From: Lama guanicoe
Lineage: Eukaryota
Length of the DNA stretch: 64,000 nucleotides
Assembly (NCBI GenBank): GCA_013239625.1
Contig: MU054323.1
Span: forward strand, 20,853,082 to 20,917,081
Direction of reading: 5' to 3'
The position numbers were made by a program, and so were the translations under genes. The notes beneath the pieces are model-generated. The model was not told the origin of the DNA. It saw nothing but the letters and a program-made list of their open reading frames with translations, and searched no databases. How positions within the stretch are numbered: the first letter of the stretch is position 1; the number at the start of each line of letters is the position of its first letter. Shown here in pieces: positions 25,121 to 38,507 of the stretch.

Positions 25121-28100
25121 CTTAGCAACATCAATATATCACTAGTTCTTTGCCTTCTATGTAAGGCAGACCCTTTACAAGGCACTGGGACAAAAAGGGG
25201 GATTGGACAGAGGCCCTGCTCCCAGAGAAGCCATAGTTAGGTCAGGGGGGAATCTAGAGGAAAAAAAGATTCAGGCTAAACCTCAAAGGTGGGAAAAATC
25301 AGCATACTGTAAGTAGAAGAGAAGGGACAAGCACTTTAGAAACAGAAAAGGGATGAACAAAAGCAACAGAAGGAAAATTGTAACATACAAAGGAATGGCA
25401 GGGGGATTAGTTTGATTAGAGTGTATGTATTTGTTGGTAGTTGGCAGAAGTTTAATAAATATTTGTGGGTTTGACTAATAGGAGAAAAGGTGAAAAGGGC
25501 AGGTTCAAATTATATACGGCCCAGCTAAGCTGAAGAAAATACAATTAACCAACAAATAATGTGGGCAAATGTTCAACCTCACTAGTAATAAAAGCAATAT
25601 AAATTGAAACAACATGGTAATTTCCTCCCTCACATTCTCTTAAACTTGCATTAAAAAATAATAACATCTAACTACTAGGAAGATTATATGTGCTGGCAAA
25701 TTTGTAAATTGATATCTTCTTGTTTAAAAGAAGTCTGGTCATCAGTTTCATGAAATTTTTATATTCTTTAACCCTATATTTTCATTTCTCATCATTTATC
25801 CCAAAGAAATATTCCAAAAAACATGGACAAAGCTAAAAAGTATGCGGGTATTCGCTGTGCTACTTTTTATAGTGTGGAAAAATAAGATGGACTGTAAATG
25901 CTCAATGGTAGGCAGTTGGTTAAAACAAAAAGAAAAAAGGGCTTAACAAAAAGGGCAAAGGCCAATTAAAGAGGTCTAGACCTTAGACCATAGGCAACAC
26001 AGATCTAATGAAAATTCCTGAGTAGGAAGGTGACTGGGGGAAACTGTTTTTCAAGAAGATCAATTTATCAAGAAATCTGACAATACATAAATAGGATCTG
26101 AAGACAAGTTATATACTCTGTCACCAAGAAATTACACCTAGGAGAATCTACCTACAAGAAATAATCCTACATATTAAAACACTTTATAGATAAAGATACT
26201 CACCACAGCATTATTAAAAATATTTTGAAAACTAAATATTTAATAGTAAGAGAATTGTTAAGTAAACCATGATTTGTCCATGATAAGGAATGTTACTTAA
26301 AAATGCTAGAAAAAGTGATATTATACCCAAAATCATGAAAAATCATCACATTTAAATGTAATGGGGGGAAGGGGCAAGAAGAGATTTCTAGAGAAAGAAA
26401 CCTCCACAGAAAATGCTACGAATCCACCAGAATTTGATTTTCATGGGTGAACCAACCATCTTGGTGGTTCACCATGGCAGCACCATTTTGAAGGTAATCA
26501 GGGCTGAAAGCAGGGAGGAAAAGACTAAGAAAGTATTTAAGAATGGTACGTTCATCTATAGAAATGCCATAGCTTATAAATGATCATCTGGCAATTGAAA
26601 TACATCTTTCAAAGACAAAATATTATAGTGGCACTGCAGGTAGCCCACAGAAATATATTTACTTCCCCATTGAAACATTATACTTTTACAATGACAAAAA
26701 ATTAAAACCTATGTTATTGCAGTATTAGTAACTAATCAAAGCAAGAGAACATCACTGAAAGAGAAATTCCCTTTTATTTCCCTAAAATGTTGAAGCTTAA
26801 GGAAAATTAAGTTGGCTTAGTTAAAAGCATAAAGAGACAGACATGACTGTGGTGTGTTTCTGGGAAAAACTGGGCTTTAGAGGCCAGTGACACTGTTTTT
26901 TTAGTACATAGAAGTTCATTTCCAAATACAGATAGGGGAGGCATATCACTAATACTGCTATCATGTTCATTCATCATGATCTGAATCACTGCTTGTCACA
27001 CAGACAGAACAAAGGCAAGATAAAGAAAGGGTCACATGAGATTTTTTCCTGCCTAAATGGTAAAGAACTGTGATGGGAAGGAGGAAGGGGTTTAAAAAGG
27101 ATGAGTGTTTGAAGAGTGTGGGTTCGGACAAAGGTGCAATTAAGCAGTGGCATGGAAGTGAGGAAATGGGAAGAGTTGGGGACACGCAAGCTCTTCCCTT
27201 AAGGGAAAGGAGCTAATGGAGTACTTAGGAGCTTTCCACCTTGCAACAGAGTTGAGTTCAAGTCTTCACTCTCCTCCTTCAAATACACAGATCATCCTTT
27301 ATAAATGTCTGTACTCCCCTCAGTGCTCAGAGCCTTGAACCTAGTAAGCATGTTTGCTGAATAAATGATGATGGGAAAAAAAATGTTGGACCATCTAAAC
27401 AGACCACCAATTATAAAAACCAATGGCCTAGGAGGGCTTTGACTGCAGGGTGTAAAAGAGGGGATCAAGTGAATTAAAGGGAGAAAGTGTGTAACTGACC
27501 ACTTATATACATCTAAATCAGTTGTTCATAACTTGAGTGATCACAGAGATAAACAGAAGAAAGACAAAGATATATTAAGAGCAAAGGATGTCTCTAGAAT
27601 TATCCTTTTAGACTAGAAAAGTCTACAGCTCTGAGATTTAGCAACTGGATCAGACTTACTGATTCATGTCAAATGTAGCTAGCCTGACCCCATCTTCTGT
27701 TGAGGCGGGCTGGTTTGCCCTGACCCAGACAGCCTCATGTTCCACTTCTATAGAGGCAGTTTGTACAGAATAAAACAGCAACAGTTTGGAGGACAGAAAA
27801 GAAAGAAACCTGGCAGATGGAGAAGGAGAGATTGTTCAAAACAACTGGCCTAATTTGAATTCAGAGGCCAAAAAAGTCACATCAAAATACTGGGCTCAAT
27901 TTAAATAGAGTAGGGATTTTGGGTTCATAAATAAAAACAACTAAGTACCAATTCTAATAAATTTAGGAAGATCATTTGACATCACAACATTTGGCCCTAC
28001 AATAACAAAATCAATGTTGTAATATATGGGTCAAATTCCAAAGTGAATTAGAGTTTATAATAAAAAACAATATTAACATTCTGTTAGCTTCTTAGAGATT

Positions 28101-28464
28101 AGCTATGAATCAGGAAGATATTTCATATTGCAAAGTAGCATTTTCTGACTTAGAAAGTTATTGTATTTTATTCAGAATTGTAAAGCTCTACAAAACTTTT
28201 TTCATGTGTGAAGACAAAACTTTGTTCCTGAGTGAAATTTTTGTAACACAAGCTGGCCTACAGGAGTAAATTATGTAGAACCACATATCCAGACACTTTT
28301 ACAACTATGTATCTTTTAAGAATTATATGAAGGAATTGCATAAATGAAAGGAAAAAACACACTTTCCTATTAGGCTAAAATACTACATACTACACGTATT
28401 ACTTATCTTCCTAATGAAATGAAAAGATTTTCAAAGTTTTTGAGATAGCCTAGAAGAATGCAGC

Positions 28465-29068
28465 AGCAGATGTCATTCATCACTAATAAAAATTCATTCC
28501 CTCATCCCATCCTTCCTTTTTTACAGTATTTGACTTTGGTTGGGTATTCATCCTTCTCTGAGTAGTCATATGCTTCAAGGAGGGCTGGCACCAACCCTAG
28601 ACCCAACTGGAGAATCCCAATTAGTTTAAGCTAATTATGGAGGATCCATTCCTTCATCAGGGATAAGCTAAGATGTTAACTCTGCCAAAAAGATGTGAAT
28701 GGAAGTCTTTACAGTGTGAAGTTGAGAGCATGGAAACACATACAGGAAGTTGTGTTGTCATTCTTAAAAAGGAACAGGGATGCGCGAGGCCACTGGGCAT
28801 TGCACCTGGTGCTCCTAGGGCGAATGGCTGGAACTGCAGCCATCTTGAAACCACGAAGGAAGCTTGCCTGGAGCCAGTGCCTTCACGTCAAGAATGGCAC
28901 GGTAGAAAAACTGAAAGAACGTGGGTCTTTGATGATGTCATCAACCTGAAACAAACCAGTCTCCCTTAAAACCTCTTGGCTACATGTGAGATGATAACTT
29001 TTCCTTATTGTTTAAATTTTGATTTGGGTTTTCTGTTACTTACAGCCAAAAGCATTCTAACTGCTACA
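28465..29068 (+). mobile_element. Old MaLR LTR (MLT1J/K-like)
   Basis: gcagccatcttg core and 3' end tgggttttctgttacttacagccaaaagcattctaactgctaca. Confidence 0.7.
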
Positions 29069-29767
29069 AATCTGAATTAGTTTAAACCTTTACTTAAATA
29101 TTAATAAGTGAAGCTCTTATTTGGGAGATAAGGGACAAAAACAGGGTATGCTGCTTAATTCACTAGCAAGACATACAGTCCAAAGGTATAAACTCAGCCA
29201 TACTGGTAGATCCTAAAGTCTTACCTATTATATTTCAAAGCTGGTTACTGTTCCATTCCCCTCTCCCTATCTGCCCTCCCTACACACACAAACACAAACA
29301 CACATGCGCACGTGCACGCACACACATCACAGCCTGATGGGCTTGGTACTGACCTTGCTGATCAGTTCATCAACCACGGTGGAAGCCCTACTGCCCCCTT
29401 TACCAATGAACAAGGCTTTGGAAAAATGGATATTATCTTCTTCTGACAAAATGGTAGAAGAATCTAATGTAAAACATAAAGTTCATTCTCCCAAAGAGAT
29501 ACTGTAAATACAAGATTTTAAAAGGTCTAAATGTATGAAATTTTCATTGATCCATATTTATTGACAACCTACTATATGCCAGGATACTATTTTAAATTTT
29601 TATCTGACAACTTGGGATAATTTATAGCACATTTAACTGCAACTAAAACTAAGTCTTTCTGTTGCTGCAAAGATATATCTGAAATGAATATCTCCCTATC
29701 TCACATGTGATGCTGCTCCTGATGGCTGGAAACATGCCTTTCACCTGCCTTAATCAGTATCCCCATG

Positions 29768-30035
29768 ACAGCATCCTCTAAACTATGTCTGAGGGAACAC
29801 AAGATGATAATAGACGTTCTTTAAAAGAGGGAGAGTTTTCCATGGTCAAACAACTGGGGAAATACTGCATGTTACAGCCCACTCTTGAAGATTCACAAAA
29901 CACATTATAGCGTATTAAATATTCTGAGAAGTCTTGTCATAAAGAAGCTTTTATTGAATCCAGTATTTCCAAAACTTACTTGACTCTATAATCTATTTTT
30001 CACTAAGTATCTTCTTAACATCTTGGGGAAACTAG
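29768..30035. mobile_element. Non-autonomous hAT-Charlie-like DNA transposon (subfamily uncertain)
   Basis: CAG...CTAG-type ends. Shares agc(a/g)tattaaa...agaa(a/g)tc(c/t)tg...taaagaa with 22620-22660. Confidence 0.5.
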
Positions 30036-33000
30036 TAATCCTTATGACATAAGGCATATTCCCCTCTAATATAGACACTACTCAATTTAGAAGCAACAAA
30101 AAGAATAGATGCTGAAAAAACTCACACCAAGCTGGCACCATGTCTTAACAATCTACAGAGAGTACAAGTTATTCCTAAGTAAATTTCTTCCAGGGTCTTG
30201 CATCACATTCTCCAATACCACTAGCCGGGGACATAAAATGCAATCACTTCTCAACTGATTCCTAAAATAATGCCTTTATCATGGAATACTCCAATGCAAA
30301 AACTTCTAAATGACTCCTAATGTAGTGTCAAATTCAAACTACTGTCCTTGGCATGTCTGTTTTACTCACTGATATAACCCCAGAACATAGTTCAGTGATT
30401 ATGCGGAATAGGTGGTCAATGAATCCTTGCTCTAGGAATAAATGAATAAATGAGTATCTGAGTGAATGAATATTTCCATCATGTGCTTTCAGTCCTGTTC
30501 TGGTTTAGCTTCTATCTTTCTCAGACATATACAATGTGTGTTCCAACCTCTGCATCTTTGTTCATGTCTTTATAACCTCATATGCAACATCTTCCTCTCT
30601 ACCTATTCAAATCCTGCTCAGCCTTTCAAATCCAGATTAAGCCCTGACTCCCATATGGAACCTGACCTCATCCCCCTCTGAACCCCTACCCCTGACAGTA
30701 CTGGCGAGTTTGACACTTATCTTTCCTAAACTAGTTCACATGTTAGTCTTCTCTCTCAGTAAATGATAAACTCCTTGAAATCTAAGGCCATGTCACAAAT
30801 TCCCTTTTACACATATTAGAGTGGTAAGATACATAATAAGTATTCAATGAAAAAATTTTATTGATTATATTTTATTAAAAGATTTGTGTGTAACAAGAAT
30901 AACTGGAAATTCCTGGAATTTCTAAACTATACATTACTAAAATCAATAGTGATAAGGACCAAGCTCTGAATAAAGAAGAAATATTATCCAAGTTCTAAAG
31001 AAACTGTTTCTTCTTGTTTTAACCTCTTTGACTCCATTTTCTCATTTGGAAAATGGCTCTATGGTATTTCTCTACAGGTACTGAATGAGCAACAAGTACT
31101 GCTTGTAAAAACCCCTAATAAATGAAGACTTTATCTCACAGTCCTGGAAGCAATCTTGACGTCCTAAATTATGTAATCCTGGTATTAGAGTATTTTAGTC
31201 TGGTTCATATAAAATGTAAGCTACAAAAATACCAAAGCTAAGAAAAAATATTTACTCATGCCTTTACTAAGATACAGAAAGAGGATGCATGCATTGCCAA
31301 AATTCCATAGAACATGCTCAAACTAAAGCAACAATGCCTTCGTTATTAAAGAAGGCAATGGCCTGAAGCAGTACTTAGGAACAAAGATTACCTGGTCCAT
31401 GAAAGAGTCAATATTTAAGAACACAATGACTAATTCCCACTTCAAGATCATGAACATATTTCTCTTTAAGAGCTTCGTTTTGGTTAAAACTTGTATTTAT
31501 GGTTTTCCTATCTGTGATCCCTGAAACTAAGAATGAACAAAAACGTAAAACATGAAACTCTCCAGTAGGCCAAATTGTCAGAATAGACTTAATTTTGATT
31601 TTAAGAACTTCTCAACAAGGGTTACACACAAGACTTGTACTTTACTTCTCAGTCACCAAAAATACACAGTGATCGACTCTGCCTAAAGCACCAGATTGAA
31701 TGTTCTATGAACACTGCGGAAAATGCATGAATGACACCTCCAGACCATATCAGAAACACTGGGGCTATTACCTTAATTTCAACTTATTTGAATCCAAACT
31801 AGTATTATTTTTGCTAATAGAAACTCCATTTATAATCAGCTACATTTTAAAAATCATCCAGTTCAGCTTACTGTGAGCTAAAGTAACCATTAACTGTATT
31901 TCCAGCACCGGCTGTGTGAACTCAAGCATCTCAATTTTTACATCTGCAAAATGAGAATGAGACTGGATGGCTTCTTAGGTCCTCTCAAATATAAAAACTA
32001 ATAATGGTTATTATTATAAGGTTTATTAAAAATATATGAATGAAAAATATAAGCAGAGATTTAGAAAAACATTAGGTTAAGCCTGGGAGACATCATACCA
32101 CGGACAAAGATTATCACAAAACCCCCAAATCCTCTCCCCATAGCACCAAGCTGTCATGAAATATCAGTTTTACAGAGGTAAATGTCTTCCTGGCCACACT
32201 GATATACTATTGGGGAATGAAAGACTCTTAAAATCAGCCATGAGGGAGACGTGAGAGTCCCGCTCCGCAATGAGACTTTGGGTGAAGTGCTTTATTTCCC
32301 ACAGTCTCACAATGTAAAATCTAGAGCCAAACTCTGAAAAGTGACTCACTACTCATAGGGGCTGCGTGTGCTGGTGGGTAAATCTGCCTGCGCGCTCTGC
32401 AGGTACAGCTAGATTTGGATTCTGATTATGCCACTTCTGACTGGATGATCTCGGGAAAATAACTAAATCTTACCAATCTTAGTTTACTCCTCTCTGAATT
32501 AGGTTGACTCTATCCATTTTGCAGGGCTGTGAAAAAGGCTAAATTGGACACCTATATAGGGTCTGGCATGTACCAAGCACGCACAGGCACTAAGGATATT
32601 CTATCCGCCTTCACAATTTCTCCCTTCCTTTTACACGAGTGGAACAGATTCCAGCACAGCAGATAACTTGCCATATTCCTCATTAGACTGTCAGTTTCCC
32701 TAGGGCCAAGACTGTCTGATTCATCTTTGGATCCCAGAGCCCAGGAGAGGGACTGGCCCAGAGTGAAAACACAATATAAATGCTTGTTAAATGGAGAAAA
32801 CAAGAATCCTTTGGGTCTGAGGATATTAAGATTATCCTGGCCACAGTCAAAAGAAAATTCTGATCTTCAGTTTGGCCAAATAGGCGCTTACTACAAACTA
32901 CTGTGTAGTTCAAAGAAAATAAGTTATTTTGAATTCTAATAATTATATTCTCTAAAATATAAAAACCTAGTTGCCCTACAGCTCTCAATTTTAGTTTTGA

Positions 33001-36000
33001 GAATCCAATTCTTTCCTAAACAATGGAGTGGGTAACCACAAAAACTTGTGGAATCTCTTTTCCTAGAAAACACGAAGCACAGGAGAGAAGCCAGTCTGTC
33101 TGGAAATTTCTTCAAAATCTGTCTATAAGCAGGGGCTGGACTAGACTAGACGTCCTTGGGAGGATCCTTCCAGACCCACACCACTAAGGTGTTAAGGGAA
33201 ACTACTAAAACAATTCTTTGTCATTTATATCCAGGAAAATAAAACAAATATGATTTAACATCTCCTAACATAAGCATTAGAAGTAATGCTACTTGGACCC
33301 AGTGATGCTTTTACAAACATTTTCTTCTTAAATGGTACTAAACCATCCGAAGCTAATAATTTGAATATGAGCTCTCTCTAACAAAACAGAGATGGTCCTT
33401 GACACAAAAAACAAGATTATTATTCTTCAGTACCTCTTTTTCTATCTACCTGTTTTCAGGTACCCTAAATCCACTCATTCCCAAAGCTTTACAAGAAACA
33501 CAGTTCCCAAGTGCTCCATTCAACTCTCCCATTAATGAATTTCCAGTGCATCGATTACTCATATCACATTGTGCATCTGATTATTATATGTTGTCTTCTA
33601 TTTGTATCTGTTTCACAAATAACCGTTTTTGTTTCCCTGGCTGAAAGGTAAGCACCTTGAGCAAGGTCCAAGTTTTATATTTCTCACGTACTCCTCTACC
33701 ATGCCCGTACTGAGTTCATGATAAATGCTTACAAATTCTTACTGCTGACTGATAGATTTTAAATGAAGAGAAATCAAGAGCTATAGAACACTCTGTACAC
33801 TGAGCACCTATATGAAGTTTTGGCAAAGTCTACAATAAAGCTTTTCAGACTACTATATATGTTGGTATTTGTCATTTACCTGGGACTAAAGCAGTTGAAG
33901 GTTAAAACACAAAGGAGCTACAGGGAAAGACCTAGAGTTCAAGACCACACTGGATGAGATCCTGCCCTGTAAGGAATGAGGAACTACCAAGAGAGCCCAC
34001 TCACACTGCAGATGGAGGCTACTTGGGAAAGCCCAGCACACTTCCTGGATCACAGAGCTATGCCACTTCTGATTCTGCATGGGATCGATTATTCATTGTC
34101 AGGCCAAGGCAGTTAGGGGGTAAGAAACAGAAAGGAAAGGATCTGTAGAAAATTAAAATGTAGTAACATTATTTAAAACAAACTCGTGAAACTTAAGTTT
34201 TCTCTTTCTTCATAATCCAAAAGACACATCTAGAACAAGGCTAACGAGCTCTAGAGTTCAATCATAACAAGAGTACTCTACATACTTACAAATGGGGATG
34301 CAGACCCCCGGCTCCTTTCTTTAGAAAAGGGAACCTCTTGTCCCTAAATGAGGCAGGTGCTGTTTAGGCACTGCGAACATAGCAGTTTACCAAACTCAGA
34401 AGTCCAGTAACAATAATGTAATGCCTTGGCTTAGTATTTTCCAGAAATAAAATACTTTGAGGATAGTCCAAATCTCTTCTCTTAGAGGAGAAAACCAAGG
34501 CCCAGAGAAGTTAACTAATTTGTCTCAGTTGGTTACCGAAGCTATGCGGGAACAAAGGCAGGAGTAGAAACCAGATTCCTTATCTCTTCTCTAGTAACAA
34601 ACTTTACTGATTCATTAAGCAAGTATTTCTGTGTGCCCATTATATGCCAGACACTATGCTAGGCACCAAGTATACAAAAGCAGGGATAAGATACTAACCC
34701 TGTACTCCAAAGCACAGCGTAACTATAAGGCAATGGGATGGGTTCAACGATAGAAGTGGTAACTGAGAAAGAGCAAACTATATCTCTAATTGCACAGGAC
34801 TTCCAGTATTTTAAAAGACCTGTTAATAGTTTGTTTTATCCTCCCCATATCACCATCAGGACAGAACACACATCTTATTACTCTTGCTGTATAGATGGAG
34901 AAACTGAAGTGCAAAGCAGATAAGGGAGTCTATTTAGGTCATCTCCAGTGGCAGCAAAATGCCTAGAAATCAAGTCTGTTTACTCCAAGATAGACATTTT
35001 CCCCCAATTAGATGGGAAAAGCAGATGTTCTTTTTACATCCAGTTACCTTCTGATCAAGAGCACACACTTGCAAGACTGTGTGCAGAACAACCTGTGGCT
35101 GTGAGAGTAGACTTCACTGGCCTAGGAGGTCTCATCAGCTGAGTTTAGTTATTCAATGGTTGAGTAACCAACCAACAAGACATCATTATTACTAGCATTC
35201 TTATAGTGCCCATCATAGATACACAGAACAGCAGGAAAAGGTTCTGCCCTCAGGAAGTTAATATTGTAGGGAAGAGGTACATAAACATTTCAACCAAAAG
35301 TGACATAATTAAACAAACTACAACTAGAAGAACCATTACAAATAATAGCAAGTTTAACATGTTAAAGGTTTTACAGAGCAAATCTAGTGGGTGCTGCCAA
35401 GAAGCATTCTCTTTAAGGATCAAACAGAGAACAGAAGCTTTGTATATGTAATGATATATACCAACCTTCAGATTATTGAAATAAAAACTCTTACCAAAAA
35501 TGCTCACCACATTAAAAAAAAATTAACTTCCTAATACTTTCATTTCACTTTTCAGCTTTACTCCAAACAATTATCTGAATATTCCATTTCTCTCTTTCTA
35601 GGAAAGTTACATATTTTGTAACCTTCCCTGTTTAAGAGGAATGAATTATTATGGAGGTTCCCAAAAGTATGCTGTGGCAAAGAGTATTCAACAGTGTGGT
35701 TTCTCTGTGCTATTCTTCCACCCTCTTTCAGATGCAACCTACATGAAATGCATCTGATAATTTTCTCCTGTACATAGTAAAATTTGTATGCACATCCAAG
35801 AATTTTTTTTAAAAAGTACAAGAGAAAAAAAGCATTTCTTCATTTCACATTTCTTCATTTTAAACATTAATTTCACTTGTCTGATAACCTCGTATCATTT
35901 TATTTATACACTATTTATCATAGTCTTATATGACCAAACTGTTTGAAACCATAGCGCTTTATAGAATTATTAACAAAATAAATAAAACTGAAAAGAAACA

Positions 36001-36476
36001 AATATTAGTGATTTCAAACTAGTGACAGAATTTTTTAAGGAACCAGGTAAATAGTAAAAATTATAAGCATCCTTTCAAAGGACTAATGTTATCATTATTA
36101 AAAATACAATTCAGCTAAAAAAAAAAACTCTAACATACTCAAGGGATTCATACATATAGCCAATTTCTTTCCTTTTAGATATTTATTGAATTTTATAGGG
36201 TGATAAGTAGCAATTTAAATGACAATTCAAACCACCAGTTGGTTTCATTAGAATTACCAATAGTATATCATAAAATTATTTCATGACTTAGTTCCAACAC
36301 AAGAAAATATATTTTTAATGAACAACAGCTTAAAACCTAAATTAAAAGTGTGATAATCAACTCTTTAGGGTAAGAGGGGAATAGGGTCTGATTTACCTCT
36401 AGATCATCAAAGAGAAACACTACTGGACCAAACTGGATCCTAAAGGACGTTAAGAAAGTAATTAAGCATGCAGCGA

Positions 36477-36495
36477 CAGTGACATCTAGTGTTAG
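36477..36495 (-). promoter_or_regulatory. Candidate CTCF site
   Basis: Minus strand CTAACACTAGATGTCACTG fits the CAC(C/T)AG(A/G)(G/T)GGC(A/G)C core with one substitution. Confidence 0.35.
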
Positions 36496-37201
36496 CAACT
36501 GCAAGCCACTCAACTACAAGCCATTAAACCCTCCTAAATGCTAAAGAAATGACTATTCAAAGCTTCTCTTCTTTAAAAAACAACAAACAGAACTTGTGCA
36601 TTGTATCTAAAAATTATTCATAATCAAAATGTTTCCGTAAGTTTTCTTTCAAGACATTAGAAAAAAACCTTCAGAGATAAACATCTTAGAGAGTAAACAA
36701 AGCACCAAAGAACTAAAAGTAAAAAGCACTGTTTATTCTGTGTGGCCAACTTCTGTAACCACTCTCATTAGAGTTTAATGCAAAGGTAATCTGGGACATG
36801 TTCTGATGAGTATATCATAAACATTTAAACTTCCAGTTACTATAAAAGTAAAGATATTGCATAAGCTAGTACTTGACACATCAAGAAAAAGCAATTTAGG
36901 ACATTTCAGGAATCCCTGAAGATGCAAATCAAAAAAAAAAAAAAACTCTTTAGCTGTTGCACTGAGAAACAAGCTGTACATTTCAGTCCTTGCTCTATTT
37001 TTGTTGCTTTAAAAGGTCCACTTATTACAGTAGACATTTTTGCCCAAGGGCTTAGAATTTGGCAGCGTAGGTTAATTTACTGTAGTATTTTTATAGTTTT
37101 ATGCTCTAGATGAATTTATAAAAGTAAGCAAAATTCCAAAAATTACTCTTGGCTAGGACAATATTTTGTAAAAAGTAAAGTTAGCATTAGATAAAGCTTA
37201 C

Positions 37202-37293
37202 CTATTTTTTTTTGAAAGTTCATCCTTTCCCCTTTTAACTCCAAATATTCTTGTGATCAAGGTACTAAAAAGAAGTGTGGATGAATTTCTCAC
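37202..37293 (-). CDS. THADA: THADA internal exon, 92 nt: VRNSSTLLFSTLITRIFGVKRGKDELSKKN(R)
   Basis: Translated by hand. Acceptor tattttaacattag|GTG and donor TAG|gtaagc. 30 codons plus 2 nt. Confidence 0.95.
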
Positions 37294-38242
37294 CTAATGT
37301 TAAAATACATACATAATAAAGATTAAGAAATATTCATGACATGAAACCAACATTTACAATATTCGAATTAGACATTCAAAATCATTCCCCGATTGCTTCG
37401 TGTGGGGCTAAAGAAGATAGTTTGTGTTCATAAAATAAGACAATTTTCAATAATTTTATAGTAATTATCTCAATGACGTCCTCTTAAACTGAGCTCTACA
37501 ATCCAACCACATGCACACAACACAGCTTTTTCTGATACTTCTAATATTACCTCCAACAGTTTTCATTATCTTTGTACTTGTATCTTCAAATAACTAAGAC
37601 AAAATAAATAAATAAGCTCATTTATCCACATCATTTCTGATGATAAGTATTCCAGTAAAGAGCTCAGCTCTTTTCATTTATTTTCTCTAATCATTTACCT
37701 ATGAGAAAATATTTATAAGACCTAACTCAAAGGATCCACATTATTAATATGGCCAAGAAAATGTTTAATGTCATAATCAAAATGTTGATTAACCCCACAA
37801 TGCCAGTAACCTAATAAAGTAATTTTAAGCCTAAGATTATCTGAGATAATTCGTTCATAAAAATAAGAAAGAACTATCATTAATAAACATGAATAATTTC
37901 TTCAAAATGGTAATAATAGAATAGATCTATTTCCAAACCAGTGTTTCAAGATGCTTTCCTATAGCATAAAAATGTCTTGATGTCAAGGAATATTGGGCTT
38001 CCTCAATTATCTTGCCAAATCACAGTGATATGTATAAATACGTACTGATTGCCCTACAGTGTGTAAGGCCCTATACCAGCACTATGGAGAACATCTGGAA
38101 ACAGAAGACACTTACTGCTAACACAGAGCTTATATTCTAATTAGACAGGGATCACATGGTGGGTTGAATAGCAATATAAGAAGAAAGCTAATTAAAAGTA
38201 ACAACGTAAGATTTAGAAAACAGCCTCCCGAAACTACTGCCC

Positions 38243-38507
38243 TAAGGATCACAAACTCAAATGCCCACAAAGGCCAGTGAGTGCGGAGGCAGCAGAGGAC
38301 TGAGGCTAATGCAGTCACTGTTAAGCTTCAGCTGAAGCTGTTGCCCTGAGGGAACATAAGCCCAGTGCTGCCAGATCTTCTGCTTTTTCAAGAGAAGCCA
38401 GAAACCCCAATTTTTATGTGAAATCTATTTTGAAATGTTGGCAACAAATTAAAGGGGAAAAAAAAACACTATTGTGGAGGCCAAATAAAACACAGTTGTA
38501 GGCTAGA
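38243..38507 (+). mobile_element. MER102-like hAT element, 3' end lost
   Basis: cacaaactcaaatgccc...gccagatcttctgctttttcaagagaagccagaaa...aaatgttggcaac...ggccaaataaaacac. Confidence 0.65.
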
